Shown piece by piece: positions 50,250 through 63,399 of a DNA stretch of 64,000 bases. The DNA comes from Utricularia gibba (taxonomy: Eukaryota; Plantae; Magnoliophyta). The stretch lies in contig CM007989.1 in assembly GCA_002189035.1 (NCBI GenBank), positions 5,022,001-5,086,000 on the forward strand. The letters are read 5' to 3'. Below the pieces are notes generated by a model that saw only the letters and a program-made list of their open reading frames with translations, was not told where the DNA came from and ran no database searches. Positions within the stretch are counted from its first letter, which is position 1. Each line of letters opens with the position of its first letter. Position numbers and translations under genes: made by a program.

Positions 50250-52470
50250 CGCATTTTTCATATTCCTCTTCCAAACTTAATTAATAATCTTATAATTCCT
50301 TTTTTCTCCTCACCACATCGTTGCAATTCCTTGAACATATACATGCCTTCATGTGTCAGTAGCAAGTTTTGATCTTTTTTTGGTAGGAGTTTTCCCACTG
50401 GCATACTCTCTGAAAGCACGATTGAAACTAGAGGAGTAAATATATCTTTGGCCATCTTGACTAAGATTGGAAAATTTATAACATTACTTTTCCACTATGT
50501 TAGTAAATCAAAAGAACCATCATTGTTACCTTCAACAATAGATGTATTGTTGTACAAAATATATTCTCCATGTGAGCTAGAGAGTTGAGAGGAGGAACTA
50601 TATTTACTACGAACTAAAGCAATAGGATTAACAGTAAAAGAGCATGAAAAATAAGATGGAGGAATAGAAGAATTTATCATAGATATATTCGATGCACCAT
50701 ACCCAATTTCATATAATGCAAATATAGCTTGAATATTCAAAATTACTACCCTCCTCATTTTCAAAATATCAATAATAAATACTTATTGTGATCAAAACAA
50801 TGTACAAATACAGCAAGTAAAGTTTTCAATTCTTTTTCTTTTGTTATTTCCCATATCCAAAGATTTATCTTTTCTTTTTTTAATGAGTATACCGTTCAAT
50901 AATATTTATATATACTTTTTAATTAAGGAACTTATGAGGTTCGAAATTATTCACCATATCGACTTTCTATCATTACTTGCAACACTATAAGAATTTGAAT
51001 CTGTAATTTTAGAATCAACCTATAAATTCTCATCGGAGACTAGGTCATCCAAATCTGTGTCATCATTTCCAATAGATCGCATGGACAATGAAGAAGATCT
51101 TATTCCATTGACATTGAAATCTAAAAAATATAAAAAACAACTCATATTACATTTTCATATTTTTAAATCTTATATGAAAATAACTAAAAGTGTATATTTT
51201 ATAATAAGAATAATAATAATACAATGTCCAAATTAATATTCACATACAAATGTTTAATATTTTGAAGATTTCCACAGTGAGCTTATCATAGAATGGACAT
51301 TTATGAAAAACTTGGTTGATAGATTTGGTATGAGATTTCATCCAAATGGTATAAATATTCACAATGGTCAGTTGATTGTATATATGTAAGTTCTTCTTTA
51401 CTTGAAATGAATTTTTGTAAACCTCTATTGTTTGTGTTTCCTTTTAGTATAAAAATGGTTCCATTTTTGTTTCCTTTCAAGAAAATCGTATTTTCAAAAA
51501 GTTCAAATTCAAAACACCACTACATCAATAGTTATTGGCTCAAGTGTTTAATCAAATTATATAATGTGATGTGAAGCTATATACATCAGCCACAAATATT
51601 CATCTATCTTTCACCTAAAGATACATTAGATGCAAACAAATTTTCATAGCCATTTGAAACGATGCACACTCCATCTGAGATAAGGGCTCTATATTATGAG
51701 GAGACAACTCCGATTTAAGGTAGTAATCGACTGATGAATCAAAAAAGGATAAGAGCTTTAAAAGGAGCAACACTGATTGAATTGTTGTAGAGTTTTCAAA
51801 GGTAATGACAGCAACTTCTATGAATATTGGAATAGAAAGCACAAAAGGTTTGAGGTTTTCGATTTAAAAGTTTGCTCAAACTCCTTGACAACACCCCAAC
51901 TATCAAAATGGAAGTAAGACCTATATGCATGCCTCAAAATTATTCAAATATAGACACATTTCAGAGGTTTTTGTCTTTGGCCAAACCCAAAAATCAATGT
52001 GAGGGGTATCACCTATCGAACTTTTGTCATCGCACTCAAGGAGACTACAAGAATAAGCATGAATGTTTTAACCATTAAGATTTTAGTCTTCTATGTGTTA
52101 TTGAAGGTTTTCGATGTCTAGAAGAAAAGGTTTCATATGATGAATGATGTCCAAAAAAACATGAAGTTTAAGCATCAATTAAGGATGGTTGAAGCCACAA
52201 TGACCATTCATAATTAGTTGCATCATGTTAAAGCTGATGATGATGGCTCTCAATTGTCAAACTTCCAAGGTGAAGAGTGTAGTGAGGAAGATGATGTTGA
52301 CTTTGTGCAAGAAAATGCGAAGGAGAGTATGTAACAACCCATGGGCATTCTACGAGAATCTATCTTTGTTATTAATGGATAGCTCACAATAGAAGAGGAT
52401 CGTGATGTATTGTTATTAACATCAAAGAATTTATGGCATTTGAATGTAAAATATGGGTATAAACACAATT
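50250..52470 (-). mobile_element. Decayed hAT transposase remnant
   Basis: FDLLT*..MAKDIFTPLVSIVLSES resembles the hAT dimerisation motif MARDILAIPVSTVASES; other frames fragmentary; limits approximate. Confidence 0.6.
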
Positions 52471-53492
52471 TGTAATCTACCTATACTTATTTACAATCTA
52501 CTTTCAATTATTCTAAAATAACTTTTACTTAAAGACTGCACAATGTAGACCACTGTTACTTATTTGCCACTTACTATCTTAAATAACTTCTATTTACTAC
52601 TTAAGTATAAGTTATAAAAAAAAGTCACACAGACTATAGCCTTAATGTTATAAAATTGGTCATAATTGATCATCATAATGAAGTGTAAATTTTAAAAGAT
52701 AATCAATATTATCTCAAAAAAATTCCTTTAATAATATATATTTATCCTTTTTTATCTTAATTTTATTCAACTTTAAAACAATTAGTTCTCTCATCTTCAA
52801 TTACCACTTTATTAAGATTTGTTTATTTTTTCAACTTAGAGAAAAACTGGCAATCATTATTTCATATGTAAGGTGTAATAAGACTAGAGAATTTGCAATT
52901 CTTTCGAAACCTCCTAGATTTATACTAATTAAAGGAAATCGAATATCAATAATATGGAGCAATTGGTGATTTTGCAAGTATATAGAAACCATCAAAACAA
53001 TAAATTAAGATTTTTTTTCATAAAGAATTGTTATTGAAATTTTCTTTAAAACAATAACTTGAAAATGACTGAAAATAAAACAAAAGATAGGTTTTAAAAG
53101 TAATATGAAAAATGGTTTTGAATCCAAGATCCATCTTACTAAAGCTCTATTTGAAAGTGATTTTTTTTTTAAAAAGTAATTTAAAAAATAAAATTACTAC
53201 CAAACAATATAAAATTTTGCTTTCAAAGGAGCAAAAATTTTAGAGAGTTTCAAAAATAATTGAAGCTCCCTTGACCCAGCTTTTTTTGAGTTTGGAGAGC
53301 TTCTTATGTACAAAATTCTCATATTATCCCTTTTTGATTTTTTTGATCATTCATATTGAGGTTTTTCCTCCCTTCTCACAATCACGTCAAGTTAGGGTTC
53401 TTGGTAAGTCATCAACATAATTCTCTTTTTTCTTCATTCTCACCTCTTTTTGATTCCAACTTTTTGTCTAGATTTCTTGATTTTGTAGTCCA

Positions 53493-54790
53493 ATGGAAGG
53501 AGATGAGGAACATGCTCTATGGGCTGATCCAAAATTGATCGAAATTTTTATTAGGGTATGTGTTGTGGAGGTTCATGCACGAAATAGGCCTAACTAAAAT
53601 TTCAATAAAATAGTGTGGGCAAATGTCATTACGAATTTACTTCAGAGCTGCGGACCAAGCAATTCGATACGAAAGGGCTGAGGGCCGAGCTGTGACTGTA
53701 AAACAAAAAGAAGAGACTTTGGAGTTTTGGGATGCTTTCAGTTTTAGAAAAACTTCAGCTGATGTCTATGATGTAGCATCTGCAAAGGAACCGAGGCTTG
53801 CACTCGGAGCTAATGTAAGTAAGAATTTTTCTCGAAAGCAATTGAGAAACAATCCTTGTGATAGTTCCTTCGGCTATATTTATATGGGTTGGAAGGCAAT
53901 GTCACAACTGATGTCTGCGGAAGACTGGTGGGATGTGTGGGTTAAGTTGACGAAGCAGATTGGGATTGGTTTTAAGCCTAATGGAGGCGTTGATATGCCG
54001 GATGCTTGATGGATTGATTACTTGAAGGTAGTGTTTTGGTTTTTTGCATATTAACTACATGCACTTGAATCAAGTCTGGTTGTTTTTCTTTAATACAAGT
54101 TAGGTACTCATGTAGTGTTTAATAAGCTTTTATTCATATGGGTGGCATATAATGTCGTAGAATTATTGATGGAGTTATTTTCTTTGTGAAATGCTTTTTT
54201 AGTTTATTCTTTGATGATTTAATTGTGTTATAGGTCAATAAGATTGCGAGATGCTATAAAAAAGCTCCTCCTATCTTGATGGATGAGCAAGAAATTCTCT
54301 TTAATGACATCTTAGTGACAGGAGATTCGGCAGCTTATCCAACTTCTGGACAATTTTCATGTAATTCACGAGACGAAGCAGAAGACATTGTTGGAGATTT
54401 TGAGAACTATGATTTTGGTAACGACTTTGATATCTTGACACAAGAGACCACAACAACTCCAAAGTGCAGCCAAAGTAGATTGAAATCACTTGTTAGAAGA
54501 GCTATAGCCAACAAAAAAAACGTCCAAGAGTAAGTGAATGTAATGCGATTGCTGAGGCATTGGAGAAGATGGTAGAAGCTATTGGGTCATCAAGAGACAA
54601 GGTTGTATGGGATCATGAGAAAAAAGAGATAAGTATGTGTTTGGATATCTTAGAAAGTTGCGCTGAAGTTGCATTCGGGAGTGAGTTATATGTGCACACA
54701 ATGGCAATGTTTGCTGTGGAAGCCAAAACGGAAAATTTGGTTGTTAGCGAAAGACAATGCAGCAAGAGTAGGTTATCTTAAGTATGATTT
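53493..54790 (+). pseudogene. Harbinger Myb/SANT-like ORF, copy 2, interrupted by foreign insert
   Basis: MEGDEEHALW...RNRPN*NFNKIVWANVI..[insert]..KNFSRKQLRN...WKAMSQL...EQEILFNDILVTG...ISMCLDILES. Confidence 0.8.
53641..53820 (+). pseudogene. Captured host-gene fragment resembling plant MAP kinase phosphatase 1 (gelsolin-like region)
   Basis: RAADQAIRYERAEGRAVTVKQKEETLEFWDAF resembles the remembered MKP1 pattern AA.Q..RYEK......V.EG.EP..(F/Y)WDAF; not part of the Myb consensus. Confidence 0.6.
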
Positions 54791-55524
54791 TGATATTCAT
54801 TGTTTTAAAATGAAGAAGAATAATCTATGAACTTTTGAGTTGTTTTCTGACTTTATTTTGGATTATAATGGATTATCATATTTCAAACTTGAGTCTACTG
54901 CTGATGTGTATTTTTTTTTATATTTTTTATATTTTGATATGCATGTTTTGTGACTTTATTTTATCTAGCATGTAACAAAAAATAATATTAAATGAGGAGA
55001 TTAGGATTCAATGGTGGGTTGCTCATTTTATGATAGGAAAGCAAGTGTCGTAAGGTATAATGTCAGGAGGAAAACTAGTGCTCTAACCATCTTTCTCATT
55101 GCTGTCATGTCCTGCTGCCAGAATGATAAAACCGATGTGATGGAGTCTGCCTTAGAGGATGAGTAGCCCTGATATGAAGACACGTTCCCTTTGAAATCAA
55201 TGTCGTCCTTGCTTTCCTTTAATGCTCTCTTCATATGACCAAGTGGCTTATTGTGGGATTGGCGTGTTTTACACATGTGCGGTCTGCTTTTGAGCTAGTG
55301 TTTGAACTCAAACTTCAGTCAAGAAATGTTAAAAGGAAATACTCAAACTTCTACAATTCCATCGGCATAATGTTTCTGAACTGCTAAACTAATGAAGAAT
55401 ATATAGCAACATACTATTAACTAAAATTCAACAAAATGAAACTAAAAATAAGATTGTAGTTATCATATAACAAAAGTTTTATCAAACAATGAAAAACACT
55501 AGATCTTGAAAATTCAAAATGCCT

Positions 55525-56846
55525 CTAACTTCTGTCGGCTTCCATCTTCATGCGAATCATATCTCTTAAAAAATCCATTGAATCATCTTGATTATCATTT
55601 GAAACATCAATGGGATCCTGGTCATCATACTCTTCCAAATCAGCTAAAAAGTCTAGATCATCAGTGTTCATGATTCGAATAAAATTGTGTAGAGCCATTG
55701 TGATGATCATAAACCTAACTTGTGTCTTCCAGGATAAAGGTGAAGGAAAGCTAGTTACTAGCTTGAATTTCTTCTTCCATATTCCAAATGATCTTTCAAT
55801 CGAACTTCAAAGTGATGAATGTTTGAAATTGAATAGCTCTCTTCCATTTTGAAGCGAAGGATTTCGATGAAACTCTGGAAGATGATATCTCTCCCTCCTA
55901 TATGTTGCTAAAAAACCTTTCCTATTTGCATATCCAGAGTCCACGAGATAGTATTTTCCTGCATATAAACATTAGAATCATTACTCTTATAACTATAATA
56001 AGCTCATAATCACTTCACATTGTGGTGGCATTTGGAATCCAGATTGTGAATCACAAATGGCAGCATTAAGCACACGTGAACCATGGGCTGCACCCTCCCA
56101 ACCAGCAGCAACAAAGGTGAAACAAAGATTAAAAATTACACGCAGCCATAATGTTTTGAGTCGGTTTTCCTTTCCTCCCGATAAATGGAATTTGACTTTT
56201 AGGTGGAAGAATAGCATCAACACGAGTGCCATCTATTGCCCCTACGCAATCCTATCCAAATCATCTCAAGTAAATTAGACAATGGTATCAACAACAAAGA
56301 TTGTTTAAGGTTTAGTAGATAACCTGAAAATATCAAACATAACTATCATCATTTTGAATTTCTAGATGAGTCATATTATGAGATCGAAACAAACAAATCC
56401 AATCCTTAGATATCTTCAAACAAGCTTTAGCAACTGATCGTATTGATCTATTAGTTGTCCATGCTATACAATATAAAATGGATCATTTATCCACAAAATA
56501 GTTATGAAAAACACTTCAGAGCATATTAAACAAGTATCATACTTGAATGCTGATATTCCTCAGCAAGGTGATGTTGATTATGAGCTTGGCCAACATATTG
56601 AAGAAAATGAGCAACTTGTTGCCTGATTGAAAGATTACCAATAGGTTTCAAACTATAAGAACTTCTCAACAACTCATAAATGTGGTAAAAAACATTAGTT
56701 CTCGTCCACAACTTATTGTAGCATCTTATTGGATTTTCATTTAACAAATCTTTTAACATTTCAGCTCCCGAATACTTCCTAATTTTACATGGCAATCTGC
56801 GTATTTGATTCCTGTAATATTGAGCAATTAACGATGAAACACTCAC
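55525..56846 (-). pseudogene. PIF/Harbinger DDE transposase
   Basis: LSIRQQVAHFLQYVGQ, FTFVAAGWEGAAHGSRVL, KYYLVDSGYAN, HSSL*SSIERSFGIWKKKF, ALHNFIR; stops and frameshifts. Confidence 0.9.
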
Positions 56847-57325
56847 AACAATTTTTTCCAGATCTTGTTGTCTTCGTGATCATTTATCTTCTTCATTGTT
56901 CTCAAAATCATACGGAGAGATGGAGTATGATTCAATTTCTTCAATCATTTCCCCCAAGCTTACTGAAAACTAATCCAAGAAATAAAAATGAATGAGTTTT
57001 TGAAAATGATCAGTACCATTGAAAGTGTTGACAATCTTCAATCCAAGCAAAATTTATTGTATGAAGGTGGATGCCCAATGGCCAAATCCTACAAAAGAAG
57101 ATGGATAAGTTGGATAGTTTTTTATTTTTTTAATATAAAAGGGTATAATAGTAATTAAAATAAAAAAAGTTATTTTTTTAGAGTTGTATTTATCAAACAG
57201 ATTTTAGATTTTTCAGAATTAAAGTATATTTTGCAAATTTTTCTCCCATAAAAATGCTTCTAAAAAAGTATTTTTTGGAATCAATTTAAATGAATCAATT
57301 CCAAACAGAACTTAAAACTTGCCTA

Positions 57326-58270
57326 TGTGTGTGTCTAAACCTTTAGAAGTGATTTTCTTTTGCAAATTTTGGTAGTATTATTCTAAAATAGTGTTATTCA
57401 TTAATGGGTATAATATTGTACCTCGTTTAGTAAGATTATAGAATCAATCATATCACCAAAGCCCTTTCACCTTTTCTAATAATTCATATTTTCCGCAAAG
57501 TCAATTCTAACCTGTACACTTAATAGAAAAATTAGATCGAATGTGTCTTACTGATGATTTTCGATAAACCCTTCTCTTTAAGTGCTTGAGATCAATTTAA
57601 GATTCTTCCACACTTCCTTAAGATTATATGGTACTAAAGATCATTTTAGTTGAAAAAACGTGATGAAATATATAATCAAACATTAAATTAAGTGTTGAAC
57701 AAGGCAAAAAAGTTATATATGCAGGACATGTGCGAGCAATGGATCATCATATATTTTTAACCGCAAGCGTCTACACGTACATGTTTGACTCTAACATGAA
57801 ATTAAATATGAAAATACAAAAAAATAAAGAAGAAATGTACTAAAAAATGTCTCTGATGGTTGAGAGAATTGAGTATTTATAGGAGATGAAATCTGAATCT
57901 TATGGTAAGGTTGTTTTATGGGCTTGAATAAGAACTTTATCCAAATCTTTTATCTAAATATTTTAAGATCATCTTTAAGTATTTATCATATTCACGAATT
58001 TTGAACTAAATCTTCTTCTTTTGACCAATTATTGGATTGAGATTCATACGACATCAAATTCATAAATTGGTAGGCCTTGATTTTTTTTTAAATTGATCCA
58101 AAAATATCCTAAAATTCACAAAATGCAACTTTTCTAAAGAAAAATCAAATCAGTGTAAAAGATGCAAAATCAATTGAAAATAATGAGAAATTAGAGTTTT
58201 AAGTAGGTAAAAATAATTCTTAAGAATAATAAAAAAATATGTTTTAGAAACATGTAAAATCACTTATTAG
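57326..58270 (-). mobile_element. LTR, family C, second copy
   Basis: Reverse complement of the 45130-45540 blocks (GTATTTATAGGAG; ATCAATTGAAAATAATGAGAAA); limits approximate, no TSD found. Confidence 0.65.
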
Positions 58271-58369
58271 CAATTGTAAGTTTAAGTATTGTCTAACATA
58301 GACAGTTTTGTAGAATGCATATTGATAAAAAAATTTAACTATTACAATGATTACATATAGGATCTATCA

Positions 58370-58594
58370 ACTTTGAATATAAAGTAAAATTATCATAGCT
58401 TGTACATTACTCTATAATTTTATTCGTTCACACATAGGTATTGATCCAATAGAAGCAGAAATAATTGAGAATTATGTGGAGGATGATTCGGATAATGGTT
58501 GGTTGCAGAAAAAGAATTCATAATTGATTTGGAAAGTACTACTAAATGGGCTGTGTGGAGAGATAGTTTGGTACAAGATATGTGGAATGAGTAA
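58370..58594 (+). pseudogene. C-terminal fragment of a second Harbinger transposase
   Basis: KIIIACTLLYNFIRSHIGIDPIEAE...ESTTKWAVWRDSLVQDMWNE*. Confidence 0.7.
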
Positions 58595-59217
58595 TTGAAA
58601 ATATGATTGTTTCTTAAATTGTTCCCAAGGATGGTACTATTTCTTTGCATTTAACCCTTGCATATTGTGATTAAAGCTGCTATGGGTTTATTTTCTTGAA
58701 TGATTAGATGTGAGTTGAGTTAATATGCTTCTCAATCCATTTTTTTTCATTATGTTTACTTAATCCTTTCCCTTCATATAATTCTTGTAAAGATATGAAA
58801 AATGAGTTCATTCATCATCCATGTGTTGTTTATATCCATCCAATCATATATTTATTTTACTTCTTAACTATTTATTTATAAAGTAAACTATATTTATTTT
58901 AACAAATAAACTCTACACAATAAATGTATTTATTCATCACCCCATATCTTATCTTCATTTCAGTTGTTCATGTAAATAAATATAATTAATCAAAGTTTAT
59001 CATATATTCATATACATATTATTTTATGAAGATATCTACATCTTTATTTGCAAGAATAACACAATTCAATGAATGTAGAGACACAAATCAACAATTTCAA
59101 AAAAAAATTTAGAATCTAAACAGAAAGTAAATAAATATAAGTCTCATTATTTATAAGTTCGCATTAATCTACATAGCAAAATAGATCAAGCATGAAAATG
59201 GATAACAACTTCGGAAG

Positions 59218-60270
59218 CTAAAAGGTAGCAGCAATAACTTTCACCATGACCATACGTCGACATTCATCTGCTCTCAAAAATAAATGCATCTTACCTTGAC
59301 TGGACATTATCAATTCACCCACCTTCATAAGTGTTGAATCATCTATTTCAAGTGGTAATGAAAAAATAATATCAGCCACTTGTTCTTGTTTTTCCATCAT
59401 TAATGTACCATGACCAAGTCTCAATCTAAGTTGGTCTATTGCTTCAGCTGTAACATCAGTCATTTTTTCCATTTGGGCTCCTAATTCTGCACTCTTGGAA
59501 GATTCAATCTTCCTCTTCATAGGCAACTTGGTTTTTAATGCAGATAAGTTATGTAACATGTCACTAGGATATTCTGAAAACATTGGCTGCAAGAAAGATG
59601 ATTCAATATCATTAAGAACAATAGAAGGATTATCCTTATCATTTTCATGAGCATCTTCAACAAACTCATTACATCCAACTGTGAATTCTCCAGTTGCACG
59701 ATCTCGTTCAAATATTTATTCCCAATCCAGAAACAATGGAAATGGTTTATTCCTCAACATTTTCAATTTTGGATTATTCTGCAAAGATACATAAAATTGT
59801 AACAATTAACAATACTATATTGAATATCATATTATCTCAAATAAAAATTTGTACCTGAATTATTTCATGCCAAATTTCTGGTGTGGCATCAATCAACAAT
59901 TTGAGGCATTCCAACCTATTCCAAAACAGTTTAAGAAATTTAAAATATCATAATATACCTTTTTCAATATATGAGGCTTCAACTGAACAGAGGGACTGCA
60001 CATCAATCTGATTGACTATATAATTTCAAAAATTCCACTTCAAGCTGCTCAAGATTTCCTGGATAAAATTCATTTTCACTCTTCCACTCAATTGATATAA
60101 TTATATGATATGTCGATATAAGAAATAACTCTTCTTCCATTGTCTACCTTCTTTTTTTTGTTGCCTTACCAGAATTTGATGGATTGTTATTGATACCAAT
60201 CTCTCCACATAAATTCTTGCCATCATCATTCAATCTAACAGTCTTCTTTCTAATATTTCTCCTTTTGTCC
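59218..60270 (-). pseudogene. Harbinger Myb/SANT-like ORF, copy 3
   Basis: WKSENEFYPGNLEQLE...KPHI...FGIGWN, LRNKPFPLF.DW..IFERDRATG, C-terminal ORF 59218-59592; convergent with the 58370-58594 transposase end. Confidence 0.75.
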
Positions 60271-60559
60271 ATGATTATCTAATGAAGACAAATGAAAAAG
60301 CTAAATTACATGGATTCGAAAGTAAAAATTTTTAAGAATGTGACTGTGGAGAGAGTCGATAAACTCTACTCCTTTGCTTTGGAATTGATGGTACATGGAA
60401 GAGACGGTGGCTTGGAGAAGATACATTAAATATGAGAAATTATTTTAAGGTTAAAAATATAAATTAATAAAAATATAAATAGATATATTGATATATATAT
60501 ATATATCTCAGTTTTTAGTTTTTTTTTTTTTATTTTCAATGTACCAAACATGACACATA

Positions 60560-60960
60560 ATCTCTTCATAAGCTCATGATACTTTCATGCTCTTGATTTA
60601 ATGATTGGACCAAGTGAAATTATTGAAGGATCAATGAGCTTCTGTCCTTCATCTTTAATGTCTTTATCTTTGGCATGTATGATCTCATTATTAGCTGAGT
60701 TCTTCTTCATCCTCTTCTTCTCCATGGTTTTGTGATTTTTCTTCTAGATTTCTTCTTTTAGAATACTTTTGTGTGTTCTAGAAGTTCTGAAATTTTTTCT
60801 CTCTCCCCCTTCCTTTTCTTCAAAAATCTCCTTTTTGTATTCTTTGGATTTTGTATAATCTCTTTCATTCCTTTTTTCTCCATGTTCTTAGTATGTTTTA
60901 CTGTGCATTTTCGTCTCTTAAGGATTTAGATTATTGAGAATGGTGTGTTGCTCTAAGAAA
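60560..60960 (-). mobile_element. Possible CRM-type Ty3 integrase tail/LTR remnant
   Basis: IDPSIISLGPIIKSRA*K resembles the DP....GPITR.RAK motif; purine-rich upstream. Confidence 0.35.
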
Positions 60961-61099
60961 AATATTTAAATCAAAGATTAGAGCTGAATCTAGGATTTAG
61001 TTCCAATCCAAAGTAAAATATGTAGAACAGCATTGCCAATTGCAAAAATCATAATTTTATAACATGATATTATCCATTTTTTAATCTTAAAATATTGAA

Positions 61100-61714
61100 A
61101 ACTGTGTGTTATCAAATCTCCTTCAGTTTCTAGATTCAGCAACACTGTTCTCCTACCATAACACCACAGGAAACAGCATTAGCTGGTTATTGTAGTGCAT
61201 AACAAAGATAAACACACAAGAGCAGTATCACATACAGGTAGACCAATCTGAATGCTGGAGCATAAACATCCACATATCATAATTGACATTTGAATGTTAC
61301 ATACGAATACTTAACCTGCTCCATTTCATTGTATAACTCTTTGCTGACATCTAGTATGTTAGCCACATGAAGCCAATACCAAATTTAAATAAGAAATCCA
61401 CAAGCGAATAGTATTCCTTTTTCCAATTATAAATGTTTGAACTAATATGAGACTGTGCTCATATAACAAATCCCGACCTATATTTAAGAAAAACAGATTC
61501 AATTGCTTGGTGATAACCTGCTCTAAACCCATTTTCTACATTCATCTTGCACTATTTGTTTTAAGACATCAATCAAATCTTTCATCTCTTTGGGTTTCCA
61601 TTGGCATTTGGATTTCCTGTCACCAACATCTTCATTTCTATTATCATTATTTTTATTCTTCATTCTTTTATCAAATAAATCATAGTGGAGAGAAAAACAC
61701 AAGATAAGAAACAA
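61100..61714 (-). pseudogene. Harbinger Myb/SANT-like ORF fragment, copy 4
   Basis: RKSKCQWKPKEMKDLIDVLKQIV.D resembles the R..W...E...L...L.ELV N-terminal motif. Confidence 0.5.
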
Positions 61715-62239
61715 AAAAGTTTTACCACAACAAATATCAATTATTTACATAAATAACAACCGAAGGCTTCCTGGTGCGTTTATATTGGGGTTCTCAGGGG
61801 TATTCGGCAGGCCGTCTTCCTCAACGTTGGAAAACAAATTCAATATTGATGAGGAGTAGTGGGGCTCTTTCAAGGTGATAGAAGATTTTGAACAATCATA
61901 AGCTCTTGTTTCATCTACCGTGGCATCTCTGATATGTCAATTACCAATTATTTCAACAAACAATAATATTTATACCTTATTTCAAAAAATATCAATTACT
62001 GCATTAAACACCAAGATATTGATTAATAATAACAAATTTCGACCACAAATTTGGAAAACAGATAAATAACGTGCAGTGTCATGCAGGGCACCAAATCACA
62101 AAACGAAATACATACCGATACAATGACAAGAGTTGAGTGTGAATTGGAGATGGGTATCATCGGGCTGCACAATCGCGAACAAAAATTAAGAATTGCTGGG
62201 TTCAAAACCAATAGCTTTTATACATAATATATTTTGAAG

Positions 62240-63399
62240 TGATAAACGAAAAATTATGCAATGTCGTTAAATACAAATTTTCCTATCAAATAAATTTATA
62301 ACCTAATTCACATTCAAGCATGAAACAATTATGAGCATAGTGATTATGGTCGAACACGAAGAACAAGTGCTTGCTATGTGAAAGTTGATGCATGAAACTA
62401 GTGTCACGTTGGTAAAATTGGTCTTAGCTAGGACTAAGGCAGAACTAAAACGAAATACAGTAAAGAAAAGTAATAAGTTCTAGAGTTTGGTTGTTTCTAG
62501 AATGGAATGGGTGATGCCTTGGGACTCCTAGGAGATGTATGCTCATTATTAAACAAACTCACACAAACCACAAATCATACAACTAACTCACAAGATCTAG
62601 GTCTACCCGGATTCTTGTTTTTCCCCCTAATCTTTGGTCTACCTCTAATTAGGGTTATTAAGTTGGGTTTCACTACTTCCCCCTCCTGCATCTATCCTGG
62701 TTTGTTAAGGAAGTGGCGTGACTCATGGCTGTTTAGATCTAAAGGTTGATTAACATGTTTCTCCCCTTTTTACCCCAAAGCACCCCCTTAAGTACTTAGC
62801 CACTCATGCTTAAGATAAACGAAAGTGGAAAAGAAAACATCACCCACAGTGTGCTCATTTCACAGTCAAATACTAGAAAGCAAACAAGCAAGTAATATGA
62901 AGTGTCAACAAAAACTGAAAAACGTCACTAGCTACTGTTAGCTAGGAGTAATGTTCTTCGAAGACAGAAAATAATCTTGAACTTTAGCTTCGTTCCTGTT
63001 TGTCTTCCTTCTTCTTCCTCCCCAGAAAACCTTCCCAGAAAATGTGTTCGTGAGCCTCCAAGGGGAGATCTACTTATCTCTCAATCTTTCCTCCCTTTTT
63101 GTCCAAAATCTTACTTTCTCCCCTCCTTGGACTTTGTGTGTACTCTTTTTCAGACTTGTGTCACCTTTCCTGCCACCACACTGTTTATACTCGGCTCCTT
63201 GGGATTTGTGTTGCGACCCATGCTACATTACTCGAAAGGAACTGTTAGAAGGTTGGGACTAAATCGTGCAACTAAGACTAAAAGTGCACTCCTACGGTAC
63301 TTATGTGCAAAAATATAGAAACAGACAATTAAGCTTAATTTTTGTAGCATAAAATGAGTAAATTCCATGCATTGAGCCACTAAAAAATATGTGTTATCA
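62240..63399 (-). mobile_element. Solo LTR, family A, copy 4 (most diverged, shorter)
   Basis: TGATAAAC...GTGTTATCA; perfect TSD TGAAG (62235-62239, 63400-63404); shares ATCAAATAAATTTATA, GTGCTTGCTA, CTAGGTCTACCCGG, TAGCCACTCATG with copy 2. Confidence 0.88.

Larger units (their letters stand above)
53030..57311. mobile_element. PIF/Harbinger DNA transposon with convergent Myb-like and transposase pseudogenes
   Basis: Myb-like gene on + (53493-~54790), DDE transposase on - (56846-55525). Right end CCAAACAGAAC followed by TTA at 57312. Left end not resolved. Confidence 0.8.
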
